From contig CAVSGM010000002.1 in NCBI GenBank assembly GCA_963727485.1, positions 1,760,001-1,824,000 of the forward strand: 64,000 nucleotides of DNA. The letters run 5' to 3'. This document shows, piece by piece, positions 51,127 to 64,000 of this stretch. Source of the stretch: an uncultured delta proteobacterium (GTDB lineage Bacteria > Myxococcota > Myxococcia > SLRQ01). The position numbers and the translations under genes were made by a program. The stretch's first letter is position 1, and each line of letters opens with the position of its first letter. The notes under the pieces are model-generated. The model was not told the origin of the DNA and did not search any database. It saw only the letters and a program-made list of their open reading frames with translations.

Positions 51127-51789
51127 TCAGTGGCTCGGGCCGCCCCGGCACAGGACCAGGTGGCGCGTCAGCAGGGTCAGGTAGGCGTCCGCCGACCGGG
51201 CCCCGGCGACGATCCACCGCTGGTCCACGAGGAGCGAGGGGACCGCCCGGATCCCCAGGGCCTCGGCGCGCTCCCGGTGGGCGAGGATCTCCCCGAGCTG
51301 GCCCCCGCTGGCGAGGTCGGTGGCGAGGCGCACCGGGTCCAGCCCCACGTCCCGGAGGCCCTCGGCGAGCTCGATGATCACCCCGGGCCGGCTCACGTTC
51401 AGCCCCCGTTCGAAGGCCGCCGCCCGGAGGGCCGCCTCCAGGGCGGCCGCCTGCCGGGGGCCCTGGAGCCGCGCCGCCTCCACCGCCCCCAGGGGGATGA
51501 GGCCGGTGCCCGGGGGATCCTCGCCGGCCCAGAGGTCGGGGACCAGGGTCTCGCCCCCGGGCTCCCGGGCCACCCGGGCCAGGCGCCGGAGGGCGAGCCG
51601 CCGGGCCTCGGCGTCCGGTGGCTCCGAGGCCATCCGGGCGGGGAAGGGCCGGCTGGTCATCGCCACCTGCGCGCCGAAGAGGGCGATCACCGGCTCCAGG
51701 CGCTTGGCGGCCAGGTACGACCAGGGGCAGAGCAGGTCGCGGTAGAACTCGACCTCCATGGGCGCGGTGAAGGGCGCCGGGCCGCTCAT
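51127..51789 (-). CDS. DsbA/FrnE-like thioredoxin-fold protein (CPWS)
   Basis: VEFYRDLLCPWSYLA, GIRAVPSLLVD, VAGARSADAY; ATGA overlap with the upstream gene. Confidence 0.85.
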   Translation of the reverse strand: MSGPAPFTAPMEVEFYRDLLCPWSYLAAKRLEPVIALFGAQVAMTSRPFPARMASEPPDAEARRLALRRLARVAREPGGETLVPDLWAGEDPPGTGLIPLGAVEAARLQGPRQAAALEAALRAAAFERGLNVSRPGVIIELAEGLRDVGLDPVRLATDLASGGQLGEILAHRERAEALGIRAVPSLLVDQRWIVAGARSADAYLTLLTRHLVLCRGGPSH

Positions 51790-53609
51790 GGTCCCTGGTA
51801 CCGCGTCACCCCGGCGTTGGTCGCGCCGTAGAGGGTCCAGGGGGTCCCCGGCTGGACGGCCAGGTCCCGGTAGGCGGCCCCGCTGTCGAGGGTCTCCCAG
51901 ATCGCCGGCTGCCAGTTGGGCGCCGTCTGGGGCATGGACTGGAGGCGGTAGAGGCCGCTGTCGGCGCCGACGAACACGTCGCCGTCCCCCCAGATCACCA
52001 CGTCGTTCATCCCCTTGCCCGGGGGCGGGTCCCAGTTGGAGACGTGGACCGTCCAGATCCGCGGGCCCAGGTCGCAGGCGCCGCACTGGTCGATGCCGTC
52101 GAGGTCCACCCGGAGCAGGACGTTGTCCAGGTCCTGGGTGAGGACCCAGAGCACCGAGCTGCTGGCCGCCAGGGCCGAGGCGGTCCCCGCCGAGAGGGCG
52201 GTGGTCACCACCGGGTGGCTCGAGGGCCACAGCCACCAGCTCGGGTCGGCGTGGCCCAGGTCCGGGTCGGAGACGTCGAGGCGGTTCACGCCCTTGTCGG
52301 TGCACACCCAGAGGTGGCCGGCGCCGTCGTAGGTGACGCAGGAGACGTTGCCCTTGTCCGGGGGCCGGTCCGACCCGTTGGGCACGGTGACGAAGTTGTT
52401 GGAGCCGTGGTCCCGCACCCGCAGGTGGTTCGCGGTGACCGCCCACACCCGGCCCTGGCCGTCGATGGCCATGGCCCGGTCGGCGACGCTCCCGGAGGCG
52501 TCCACCGGCATCCCCACCGGGTTGGAGAGATCGGTGCGGTCGGCGAAGACCTGGACCCAGTCGCTCTTGTTGTTGCGGCCGAAGAAGGCCCGGTCGGTGT
52601 CGTCGACCACGCAGGCCCGCACCGCGCCGGTGCTGGCGTTGGAGGACTCGGCGGTGAGGTCGGGGTTGAGGCTCCTGGCCTCGGTGCCGGTGCCCACCCA
52701 GGCCGCGTCGGGGCCCGGGCCCACGCACACCGCCCGGATGTCCGTGTCCCCCCCAGGGGCGTGGGTGGTCATGGGGGCGCCGACCTGGATCTCCACCCGG
52801 TCGGTGGCGTTCTTCTGGCACTGATCCCGGACGTCGAGGAGGACCTCGTGGAGGCCCGGGTCGAGGACGACGTCGGCGGCGCTCCCCGGGGGGCCCACCG
52901 AGACGGTGGCGCCGGCGGCCATCTGGCCGTCCTGGGTGTTGCGGTACCACAGGTCCCGGGCCGGGTGGCCCGGGTAGCAGCCCGCCACGTCGCAGCTGTC
53001 GACCACCGCGGTGAGGGTCACCGGCGCGTCGCCCGATTGGAGGGTGACCCGCCCGGTGGGCGCGGCGCCGTTCACCTCGAGGTGGGCCGTCGGCGGCAGA
53101 TAGGTCGAGGGGATGTCGTCGACGTGCCCGTTGCAGTCGTCGTCCTTGCCGTCGCAGATCTCCCGGGCCCCGGGGTGGACGTAGGGGTCCTGGTCGTTGC
53201 AGTCGCCGTCGCAGACGCGGTAGCCGTCGTGATCGGCGTCGTTGGGATCGGTGCAGGTGCCGCCGTCGGGGGCGGGGCCGCCGTCGACCCCTCCGCCGTC
53301 GGCCGCGCCCCCGTCGGTGACGCCGCCGTCCCCGGGGCCGGCGTCCGGCACCCCGGCGTCGGGGCGCCCCGCGTCGGGGGGGCCCGCGTCGAGGGTCCCG
53401 GCGTCCCCGGGGCCCCCGTCGGTGACCCCGCCGTCCCCGGCGCCGGCCGCCTGGGCCACGCAGGTCCCGGCGACGCAGGCGTAGCCGGGCAGGCAGCTCT
53501 GGCTGGGGCCGCAGACATGGCCGTCGAGGCTCCCGGCCTGGGGCACGCAGCCCCCGGTGGCGACCACCACGGCCGCCACGACCACGAGGGGGATGCGCGG
53601 GGAACCCAT
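51786..53609 (-). CDS. Lipoprotein: Cys-rich N-terminus, xxDAG linker, MopE-like putative metal-binding motif, PKD-like and beta-propeller regions
   Basis: Lipobox ATGGC; CGPSQSCLPGYACVAGTC; DADHDGY..CDGDCNDQDPYVHPGAREICDGKDDDCNGHVDD; propeller-like DGQGRVW, DGAGHLWV. Confidence 0.8.
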   Translation of the reverse strand: MGSPRIPLVVVAAVVVATGGCVPQAGSLDGHVCGPSQSCLPGYACVAGTCVAQAAGAGDGGVTDGGPGDAGTLDAGPPDAGRPDAGVPDAGPGDGGVTDGGAADGGGVDGGPAPDGGTCTDPNDADHDGYRVCDGDCNDQDPYVHPGAREICDGKDDDCNGHVDDIPSTYLPPTAHLEVNGAAPTGRVTLQSGDAPVTLTAVVDSCDVAGCYPGHPARDLWYRNTQDGQMAAGATVSVGPPGSAADVVLDPGLHEVLLDVRDQCQKNATDRVEIQVGAPMTTHAPGGDTDIRAVCVGPGPDAAWVGTGTEARSLNPDLTAESSNASTGAVRACVVDDTDRAFFGRNNKSDWVQVFADRTDLSNPVGMPVDASGSVADRAMAIDGQGRVWAVTANHLRVRDHGSNNFVTVPNGSDRPPDKGNVSCVTYDGAGHLWVCTDKGVNRLDVSDPDLGHADPSWWLWPSSHPVVTTALSAGTASALAASSSVLWVLTQDLDNVLLRVDLDGIDQCGACDLGPRIWTVHVSNWDPPPGKGMNDVVIWGDGDVFVGADSGLYRLQSMPQTAPNWQPAIWETLDSGAAYRDLAVQPGTPWTLYGATNAGVTRYQGP

Positions 53610-53634
53610 GGGCAAAGCGGCCCGGCGGCCGGGA

Positions 53635-54327
53635 TCAGCCGCCGGTGGCGGCCTGGACCACGTTCACCGTGACCGCAGGCTGGAGGGTGGCCTGGAGGTG
53701 GAGCTGCTGGGGCAGGTTCTGGAGGGCGCTCGAGGGCACGGTGACCGTGGCGGTGAGGGACACGTGGACCGCGGTGTGGTTGTTCACCCCGGAGACCAGC
53801 TTCTGGAGCAGGGGCCCGGAGAGGGTCTTCTTGACCGGGGTCCCGGCGTCGAGGGCGCTGATGTCGTCCTTGGTGAACATCACCTGGCCGTCGAGGCTCA
53901 CCGAGAGATCGCTGATCCGGCCCCCGAGGGTGACCGGCTGGTCGCTCTGGTCGGTGAGGCTGTAGGCGGTGACTGTGACCGACGCCGACTGGACGCCCTG
54001 GAGGCTCTGGCCCTGGAGGGCGCCGGAGGCCTTGCGGGCATCGGCCTCGGAGAAGAGCAGGAGGCTCGGCTCCTCGAAGGCCATCTGGCAGCTCCCGTCG
54101 GAGAGCTTTGCCACGTGGACGGTGATGGTGTCCCCGCTGCGGCTGTCCTTGATCTGCTGGTCGCCCACCGGGCACTGGGTCATGTCCGGCTGGGTGAGGT
54201 CGTAGCTGCGGTCGATCTGGATCGGGGCGATGGCGCCGGATCCCAGGGTGAGCTCGGCGAGCCCGCCGCAGGCGGCGACGAAGGTACCAAGGGTGAGGGC
54301 GATGACGGTCGTGCGGGTCTTGTTCAT
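53635..54327 (-). CDS. Lipoprotein of unknown function
   Basis: RBS GGAGG; MNKTRTTVIALTLGTFVAAC lipobox; beta-rich; TG-C-TAGCCT -10-like box at ~54350-54358. Confidence 0.75.
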   Translation of the reverse strand: MNKTRTTVIALTLGTFVAACGGLAELTLGSGAIAPIQIDRSYDLTQPDMTQCPVGDQQIKDSRSGDTITVHVAKLSDGSCQMAFEEPSLLLFSEADARKASGALQGQSLQGVQSASVTVTAYSLTDQSDQPVTLGGRISDLSVSLDGQVMFTKDDISALDAGTPVKKTLSGPLLQKLVSGVNNHTAVHVSLTATVTVPSSALQNLPQQLHLQATLQPAVTVNVVQAATGG

Positions 54328-54411
54328 GGGGCCTCCAGCACCAGAAGACAGGCTAGCACAGGCTTCGGCCACGGGCCCACGCGCCGAGGTAAGGCGCCGG
54401 AACCCGGCCGC

Positions 54412-54427
54412 TGGTACGGATCCCGCA
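54412..54427 (+). promoter_or_regulatory. Possible degenerate sigma54 promoter for the kinase gene
   Basis: TGGTACGGATCCCGCA has GG-N10-GC spacing but lacks TT before GC. Confidence 0.3.
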
Positions 54428-54479
54428 GCCAAGCCCTCGTTTGTCCCGGGCACCCCCTGGAACCCGCAAGAACCGACCT

Positions 54480-56766
54480 TTGACGCAGAATCCACACGCA
54501 AACCCTGCGGGAACCTGGCTCCGACGGCGGGTCGGCTCCCTCCGCCGGCGCTTCGTCCTCCTCCTGGCGCTCCTGGCCCTGGCCTCGCTCCTCCCCTGGC
54601 GCCTGGCGGTGGATCTCCACGGCCACCTCCACGGGTTCGCCGAGCGCCTGGACGTGGCGAGCACCCTGCGCTTCCGCCTGGTGGAGCTGGGGATGGTCGC
54701 CGGGAGCGCCGAGGCCGACGATCCCCTCTCCCGGGGTACCATCCACCAGCTCGAGGCCGAGCAGCGGGTCACCCTCGAGGCGCTCCTCCGGGGCGACCCG
54801 GCCCGCGGCCTCCAGCCCTGCCGGATCCCCGCGGCCTGCCAGCAGCTGCGCGCCTACCTCCACCGGTGGAACACCGTGGTGGTGCCCCGGGTGGAGGCGG
54901 CCCGGAGGGGCACGCCCGAGGCGCGGCGGAACCTGCGCCGCACCCTCCTCGGGGAGGTGGGGCGCATCGACGCCATCGTCCACCTCATGGCCACCGACGC
55001 CGAGCACCGGGTGGGGGAGATCGTCGGCCAGGGCCTCGCCGCGGTCGCCGCCAGCCTGCTGCTCCTGCTCCTGGTGGGCTACGGGGTGTGGGAGGTGTTC
55101 CTGCGCATCCGCCGCCTCCAGGAGGTCAGCGGGGAGCCGGTGGACGAGGCGGAGCTCGAGAGCCAGGGGCGCGGCTCCGACGAGGTGGCGGCGCTCGCCC
55201 GGGCCCTGCTCACCTCGGTGCGCTCCCTGCGCCTCCACGGCGAGAGCGATCGGCGCCGGGCCGCCCGCCTCGACCGGTGGCAGCAGGCCCTGGCGCGCCT
55301 GGCCGCCCGGCTCAACGACTGGATCGATCGGGGCGGCGACCTCTCGGCCCTGGTCGACGACTGGGCCGAGGACGCGGGCCTCGCCGGGGCCACGGTGCGC
55401 CTCCCCCCCGCGGCCGGGGCCTTCGACCTGCCCATCGCCGACGGACCCCGGGAGCTGGTGCTCCCCCTGGCCTGGGGCGACGACACGGTGGGGGCCCTGG
55501 TCCTGGTCCGCAGCGGCCGGGGGCCCGTGTCTCCGGAGACCCTGGCCATGGGGGACGCCGCCGCCCGGACCCTCGCCATCGCCCTGGTGGCGCGGGGGCT
55601 CCTCGCCGAGCGGGAGCAGCGCAGCGCCATCGCCGCCGAGCTCGCCACCCTCCGCCACCTCGAGGAGGGCGCCCCGGCGCTCGCCGACCGCCTGCGCCAC
55701 CACATCGCCCACGACGCCGCGGTCCTGGTCCTCCTCGACGACGCGGGCGCCCTGGAGCGCGCCGTCGAGCTCGGCCCCGAGGGCCTGGTGCAAAGGCCCC
55801 TGCGCCAGGCGCCGGCGTTCCCGGAGGCGGTGCGCAAGGTGGCGCCGGGGGACCCGGTCCTCGAGGCGCTCCTCGGCCCCACCGGCCAGGCGGGGCTCCT
55901 GGTCCCCCTCCGGGGCGAGGCCCACCCCCTGGGCCTCCTCGCCCTCGCCCGGGCCCACCCCTTCACCGACCGGGAGGCGGACGTGGCCCGGGTCCTGGCC
56001 CCGGTGCTGGCCTCGGCGCTCCTGCGCCTGCGCCTCACCGACCGGCTGCTCCTCACCGAGCAGATGGCCACCGTCGGCGGCTTCTCCCGGATGGTGGCCC
56101 ACGAGGTGCGAAACCCCCTCAACAGCATGGGCCTCCACCTCCAGCTCATCGGCCGCCTCCTCAAGGGCCTGCCCATCCCCGAGGAGACCGCCAGCCGCCT
56201 CGACGGCCACCTCTCGGCGGTGCGCTCGGAGACCACCCGCCTCGACCAGGTGGTCGAGAGCTACGTGACCTTCGGCAGCGGCGCGGTGGCCGCCCGCTTC
56301 GAGGAGGTGGATCTCCGGGAGCTGGTGGGCGAGGTGCTCCGGGTCCACGCCCCGGCCCTCGAGGACCGCCACGTGACCCTCGACGCCGACCTGGGGGCCG
56401 CGCCGGCCAACGCCCTGGTGGACCGGGTCCGCTACCAGCAGGCGGTCCACAACCTGGTCCTCAACGCCCTGGAGGCCCTCCCCGGCGACGGCGGCGCCCT
56501 CGAGGTGGTCCTCGAGGAGCAGGGGGCTGCGTTTGCCCTCCACGTGGTGGACAACGGCCCGGGGTTCGCCGAGCCCGCTCGGATCTTCGCGCCCAGCTAC
56601 ACCACCAAGAACGCCGGGAGCGGCATGGGCCTGCCGGTGAGCCTCCAGAATCGCAAGGCTCCACGGGGGCAGCCTCACCGCCCACCGCCCCGAGGCCGGC
56701 GGCGCCGAGCTGGTGCTCACCGTGGCCAAGCGCGCCCCCGAGGCCATCTTCACCCCGGAGGGGTGA
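54480..56766 (+). CDS. Membrane sensor histidine kinase (NarX/PilJ-like sensor, HAMP, GAF-like, HisKA, HATPase; extra A ~56650)
   Basis: Two TMs; GSDEVAALARA; MVAHEVRNPLNSM; NLVLNALEA; DNGPGF; GSGMGL; removing one A gives IARLHGGSL...AELVLTV...TGA 56766. Confidence 0.88.
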
Positions 56767-56784
56767 GGGTCCCGGGGGTCGGCG

Positions 56785-57189
56785 TCAGTGCCGGGCGGTG
56801 GTGGCCCGGGCGGCGGCGCGGCGGATGATCGCCGCCTCGGTCTCGTAGCCGTCCTCGCCGGGGTGCTTCCCGTCGAGGCGGGCCCGGGCCTCCGCGAGGG
56901 CCCGCTCCTCGGCCTCGAGGTCGATGTCCTCCACCGCCACCGCCTCGCCGGCGAGGACCACCACCTGGTCGTCCTCCACCTTCACGAAGCCGTCGACCAC
57001 CGCGTAGTGCCGCTCGGTCTTGCCGTCGATGTAGGTCAGGGGCCCGGCATCGAGGACGGTGAGGAACGGCGCGCGCCCGGGGCGGACCCCGAAGAACCCC
57101 AGGGCGCCCGGGGCCCGGACCTCGTCGCACTCGGCGGTGAGCAGGTCGGCCTCGGCGGTGATCAGCCGGAGGGTGAGGCGGTCGGCCAT
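56785..57189 (-). CDS. atpC: ATP synthase F1 epsilon subunit
   Basis: APGALGFFGVRPGRAPFLTVL, VVDGFVKV, EDIDLEAEERAL; position after atpD. Confidence 0.93.
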   Translation of the reverse strand: MADRLTLRLITAEADLLTAECDEVRAPGALGFFGVRPGRAPFLTVLDAGPLTYIDGKTERHYAVVDGFVKVEDDQVVVLAGEAVAVEDIDLEAEERALAEARARLDGKHPGEDGYETEAAIIRRAAARATTARH

Positions 57190-57210
57190 GTCGACTCCTT
57201 GGGGCGCCGG

Positions 57211-59552
<2,342 letters not shown>

Positions 59553-59555
59553 CGG

Positions 59556-61103
<1,548 letters not shown>

Positions 61104-61116
61104 GGGTGTGTCGTCC

Positions 61117-61659
61117 TCAGTGCTCGAGCGCGGCGGCGCGCAGCAGCTCGAGCTGGGTCTTGAGGGAACCGTCGTAGACGCGATCGCCCACCCGGGCCAC
61201 CAGGCCCCCGAGGAGGGCCGGGTCGAGCTCGGTGGTCAGGGCGACGGTCTTGCCGGTGGCCGAGGCCAGGGCGCCCGAAAGCTGGCTGGTCTCGGTCTCG
61301 GAGAGGGGCAGGGGGCTCACCACGGTGGCCCGGACGCGCCCGGCGGCCTCATCGGCGAGATCGCGGTAGATGCGCGCGATCTGGCGGAGGAGGGCGGTGC
61401 GGTCCCGGTCCACGAGGAGCATGAGGAAGTCGTGGGTGGTCTTGGTGAGCTTCGCCTGCTCGGCGATGGCGGCGAGGACCTCCCGTCGCTGGCGCCCGGC
61501 GAAGATCGGGCTCTCGAGGAGGATCCGGAGGTCCTCGGCGCCGTCGATCTCGGCGGCGAGGGCCTCGAGCTCGGCGAGGATCTTGTCGCCCTGGCCGGAC
61601 TCGAGGGCGACCTCGAGGAGTGCGCGGGCGTAGCGTCGGGAGATGCTGACCAGGGCCAC
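61117..61659 (-). CDS. atpH: ATP synthase F1 delta subunit
   Basis: [36 protein letters not shown]. Confidence 0.95.
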   Translation of the reverse strand: MALVSISRRYARALLEVALESGQGDKILAELEALAAEIDGAEDLRILLESPIFAGRQRREVLAAIAEQAKLTKTTHDFLMLLVDRDRTALLRQIARIYRDLADEAAGRVRATVVSPLPLSETETSQLSGALASATGKTVALTTELDPALLGGLVARVGDRVYDGSLKTQLELLRAAALEH

Positions 61660-61728
61660 GTTCAACTCGTCGGAAAGACAGGAAAAATCGGACGGGGAAC
61701 CGGGCGCCTGGGGCCCCGGGGGGCGCAT

Positions 61729-61757
61729 GAGGTAGCACAGGGGTAAGGGGCGGTCAA
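61729..61757 (-). promoter_or_regulatory. Candidate sigma70-type promoter of atpHAGDC
   Basis: TTGACC-N17-TACCTC with TG at the extended -10 position; the -10 hexamer is weak. Confidence 0.35.
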
Positions 61758-61826
61758 GCGACGCGGTGCGTCCCCGGCCGCCGGGGCATGCTAGGGTCCC
61801 CGCTCCCCCCGCGCCGGAGCCTTCCC

Positions 61827-62912
61827 ATGTCCCCACGCACCTGGGCCCTCGTCCTCGCCATGAGCCTCCTCGCCGCGGGGTGTGGCGCCTTCACCGGGAC
61901 CGACGCCGGAGACGGAGGCGCCGGGGACGCCGGTCTGCTCACCGACGGCGGCGCGTCCGACGGCGGCGGCACGGTCACCGACGCGGGGACCCCCGACGCC
62001 GGGTCCCCGGACGCCGGGACCGTGGACGCGGGGACCCCCGACGCGGGCCCTCCCGACGCCGGCCCCCCCGACGCCGGCCCCGACGGCGGCCTCCCGGGCA
62101 CCGCCACCCTCACCGTGGGCAACTGGAACCTCGACTGGTTCGGCTCCACCCAGTACGGCCCCACCGACCTCGCCCTCCAGGAGCAGAACGTCGACACCGT
62201 CCTCCAGCGCCACCCGGCGTCGCTGTGGGCCCTGCAGGAGGTCGTCGACGTGAACCGCCTGGCCCGGGTGGCCCAGACCCTCGGGGGCCTCGGGCACCTG
62301 GCGGCGGGCGACAACCAGGTCCTCAACCATGGCGACTACCGGGGCACCCAGCAGACGGCGATCCTCTACGACCCGGCGGTGATCACCGTCCGCTCGGCCC
62401 AGGTGGTCCTCGGCGCCGACTACTACGACTTCGCCCAGCGCCCGCCCTTCGTGGTCGCCGTCGACGTCCACACCCCCGGCGGGGTGCTGCCGATGACCGT
62501 GGTGGTCGTCCACATGAAGGCCTACGCCGACGCCACCAGCTACGCGCGGCGCCAGGCGGCGAGCCGGGAGCTGAAGACCTGGCTCGACCAGACCCATCCC
62601 AGCGACCCGGTGCTGGTCCTCGGCGACTGGAACGACGACCTCGACACCTCGGACTACGCCAGCAGCGCCTCGCCCTACGTGAACTTCGTCTCCGACACCG
62701 CCGACTACACCTTCCCCACCCTGATCTTCACCCAGCACAGCATCGGGACCTACGTGGGCAGCTCGGACCCCATCGATCACCAGATGGTCACCAACGAGCT
62801 GGCGCCGGACGTGGTGGCCGGCTCCCAGATGGCGATCCACCCGGCGATCCCGAGCTACCGCTCGACCACCAGCGACCACTACCCGGTGCAGGTGACCTAC
62901 CAGCTCCAGTAG
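61827..62912 (+). CDS. Endonuclease/exonuclease/phosphatase (DNase I-like) lipoprotein with xxDAG linker
   Basis: Lipobox AAGC; VGNWNLDWFG, WALQEV, VVHMKA, LGDWND, IDHQMV, TSDHYPV. Confidence 0.9.
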   Translation: MSPRTWALVLAMSLLAAGCGAFTGTDAGDGGAGDAGLLTDGGASDGGGTVTDAGTPDAGSPDAGTVDAGTPDAGPPDAGPPDAGPDGGLPGTATLTVGNWNLDWFGSTQYGPTDLALQEQNVDTVLQRHPASLWALQEVVDVNRLARVAQTLGGLGHLAAGDNQVLNHGDYRGTQQTAILYDPAVITVRSAQVVLGADYYDFAQRPPFVVAVDVHTPGGVLPMTVVVVHMKAYADATSYARRQAASRELKTWLDQTHPSDPVLVLGDWNDDLDTSDYASSASPYVNFVSDTADYTFPTLIFTQHSIGTYVGSSDPIDHQMVTNELAPDVVAGSQMAIHPAIPSYRSTTSDHYPVQVTYQLQ

Positions 62913-62939
62913 GGCGGTGGGCTGCGCCTGGGAGGCATC

Positions 62940-63575
62940 ATGCGCATCCGTCGAGCCGTCCCGCTCCTCGCCCTGCTGGCCCTCGTCGCGGCCGGGTGCA
63001 CGCGCCCCCGCGCCCCCGCCGCCCCCACCGCCCCCACCGCCCCCACCGCCAAGGCGGCGCCGGTCGTCGCGGCGCCCAAGGCCAAGCCCAAGGCCTTCGA
63101 TCCCCACCAGGTCCTCGGCTGGCCGCGCCTGCGCGCCGACCGCTTCGGCTGCATGCTCCAGCGGCGCTTCGGTCACCGGGACCCGAAGTTCAACTGCGAC
63201 CTGAAGGGCTACCAGCCCCAGGGCGACCCCTGTCACGACACCCGCCACTACTACGAGGGCCCGGCGTTCCCCGACGCGGCGATCCCCGCCGTCGATCCCC
63301 GCCTCGAGGCCGTCGAGCTCCACTGGGAGCACGGCGAGCTGCAGGCGGCCACCCTGACCTTCCGCGGCAAGATCCCGGTCGACGACCTGGTCCACCGCTT
63401 CGGCCTGCCGACGCTGCGGCGGACCCCCGGCGACAGGGTCCTCGCTGACGTCGCCTACCCCAAGGGCCACGACAACCTCAGCCACCTCTCCATCGAGCGC
63501 TGCGGCAGGGGCGTCACCTGCCTCGACCTCGAGGGCTTCGAGCACCAGGGCGCCGGCGACGTCGACTGCCGCTAG
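62940..63575 (+). CDS. Lipoprotein of unknown function with six Cys after the lipobox
   Basis: RBS GGAGG; lipobox VAAGC; APT x3 linker (9-bp repeat 63021-63047). Confidence 0.75.
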   Translation: MRIRRAVPLLALLALVAAGCTRPRAPAAPTAPTAPTAKAAPVVAAPKAKPKAFDPHQVLGWPRLRADRFGCMLQRRFGHRDPKFNCDLKGYQPQGDPCHDTRHYYEGPAFPDAAIPAVDPRLEAVELHWEHGELQAATLTFRGKIPVDDLVHRFGLPTLRRTPGDRVLADVAYPKGHDNLSHLSIERCGRGVTCLDLEGFEHQGAGDVDCR

Positions 63576-64000
63576 TCAGAAGGGATCGGCCGGCTCATCG
63601 CGCCGGTCACCGCCTCATACGTCTCCCGCACCCGCCTGACGTAGTCCAGGTACCGCGGCCACGTCTCCAGGGTCAGCGCCTGGGGCCCGTCGCAGAGCGC
63701 CGTCGCCGGGTCCGGGTGCAGGTCCACCAGGATCATCGACGCCCCGGCGATGACCCCCTGGCCGGTGACGTGGAAGATGTCCGGGAGGCCGTCGGGGGCG
63801 AGGTCGGCCTTGCCCACGCTGTGGGAGGGGTCGATGCACACCGGCAGGCGGCTCAAGCGCCGCACCACCGGGACGTGGGCGAAGTCCACGAGGTTGCGGT
63901 GGGGGGCGCCGAGGTGGGTCTTCACGCCCCGGAGGCAGAACACGATGTTGGGGTTGCCCTCGCTGGCGACGTACTCGCAGGCGTTGAGCGACTCCTCGAG
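63572..64000 (-). CDS. aroF: 3-deoxy-7-phosphoheptulonate (DAHP) synthase, class I-beta, C-terminal part
   Basis: LNACEYVASEGNPNIVFCLRG, RNLVD, LPVCIDPSHSVGK, ALCDGPQAL; frame open to the window end. Confidence 0.88.
   Translation of the reverse strand, partial: LEESLNACEYVASEGNPNIVFCLRGVKTHLGAPHRNLVDFAHVPVVRRLSRLPVCIDPSHSVGKADLAPDGLPDIFHVTGQGVIAGASMILVDLHPDPATALCDGPQALTLETWPRYLDYVRRVRETYEAVTGAMSRPIPSD

Overview
Very GC-rich bacterial chromosomal segment. Gene content and style (giant TPR-like protein, xxDAG-linker lipoproteins, FG-GAP proteins, sigma54 boxes, F1-only atp cluster) point to Myxococcota/deltaproteobacteria; this placement is inference. About 48 genes. 1-34.4 kb is a mixed metabolic/accessory set: RRM protein, DEAD-box helicase, GFA, hemerythrin, GNAT, GT2, spermidine-synthase-like membrane protein, PepP, CysQ, DgkA, two class III nucleotide cyclases, Smr, MobA, ABC1 kinase, Rieske-FAD reductase, ALDH, M20 peptidase, SRAP and a DMFase-beta-like lipoprotein. 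34.6-46.95 kb is one ~4100-aa Ala-rich TPR-like gene. 47-54.3 kb is a co-oriented envelope cluster (FadL-like channel, four lipoproteins, DsbA-like protein) with two sigma54-type promoters. Then follow an orphan histidine kinase, atpHAGDC, a lipoprotein nuclease and a partial DAHP synthase. About 14 sites of single-base frameshifts interrupt otherwise intact genes, most likely sequencing/assembly indels. No rRNA, tRNA, CRISPR, transposase, integrase or phage genes were recognised. The best candidates for undescribed biology are the 47-54 kb cluster (especially a lipoprotein with a duplicated His-Cys-His-His module), the giant helical-repeat protein and the recurrent xxDAG lipoprotein tethers. 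All family calls are from motif recognition by eye; no searches were run.
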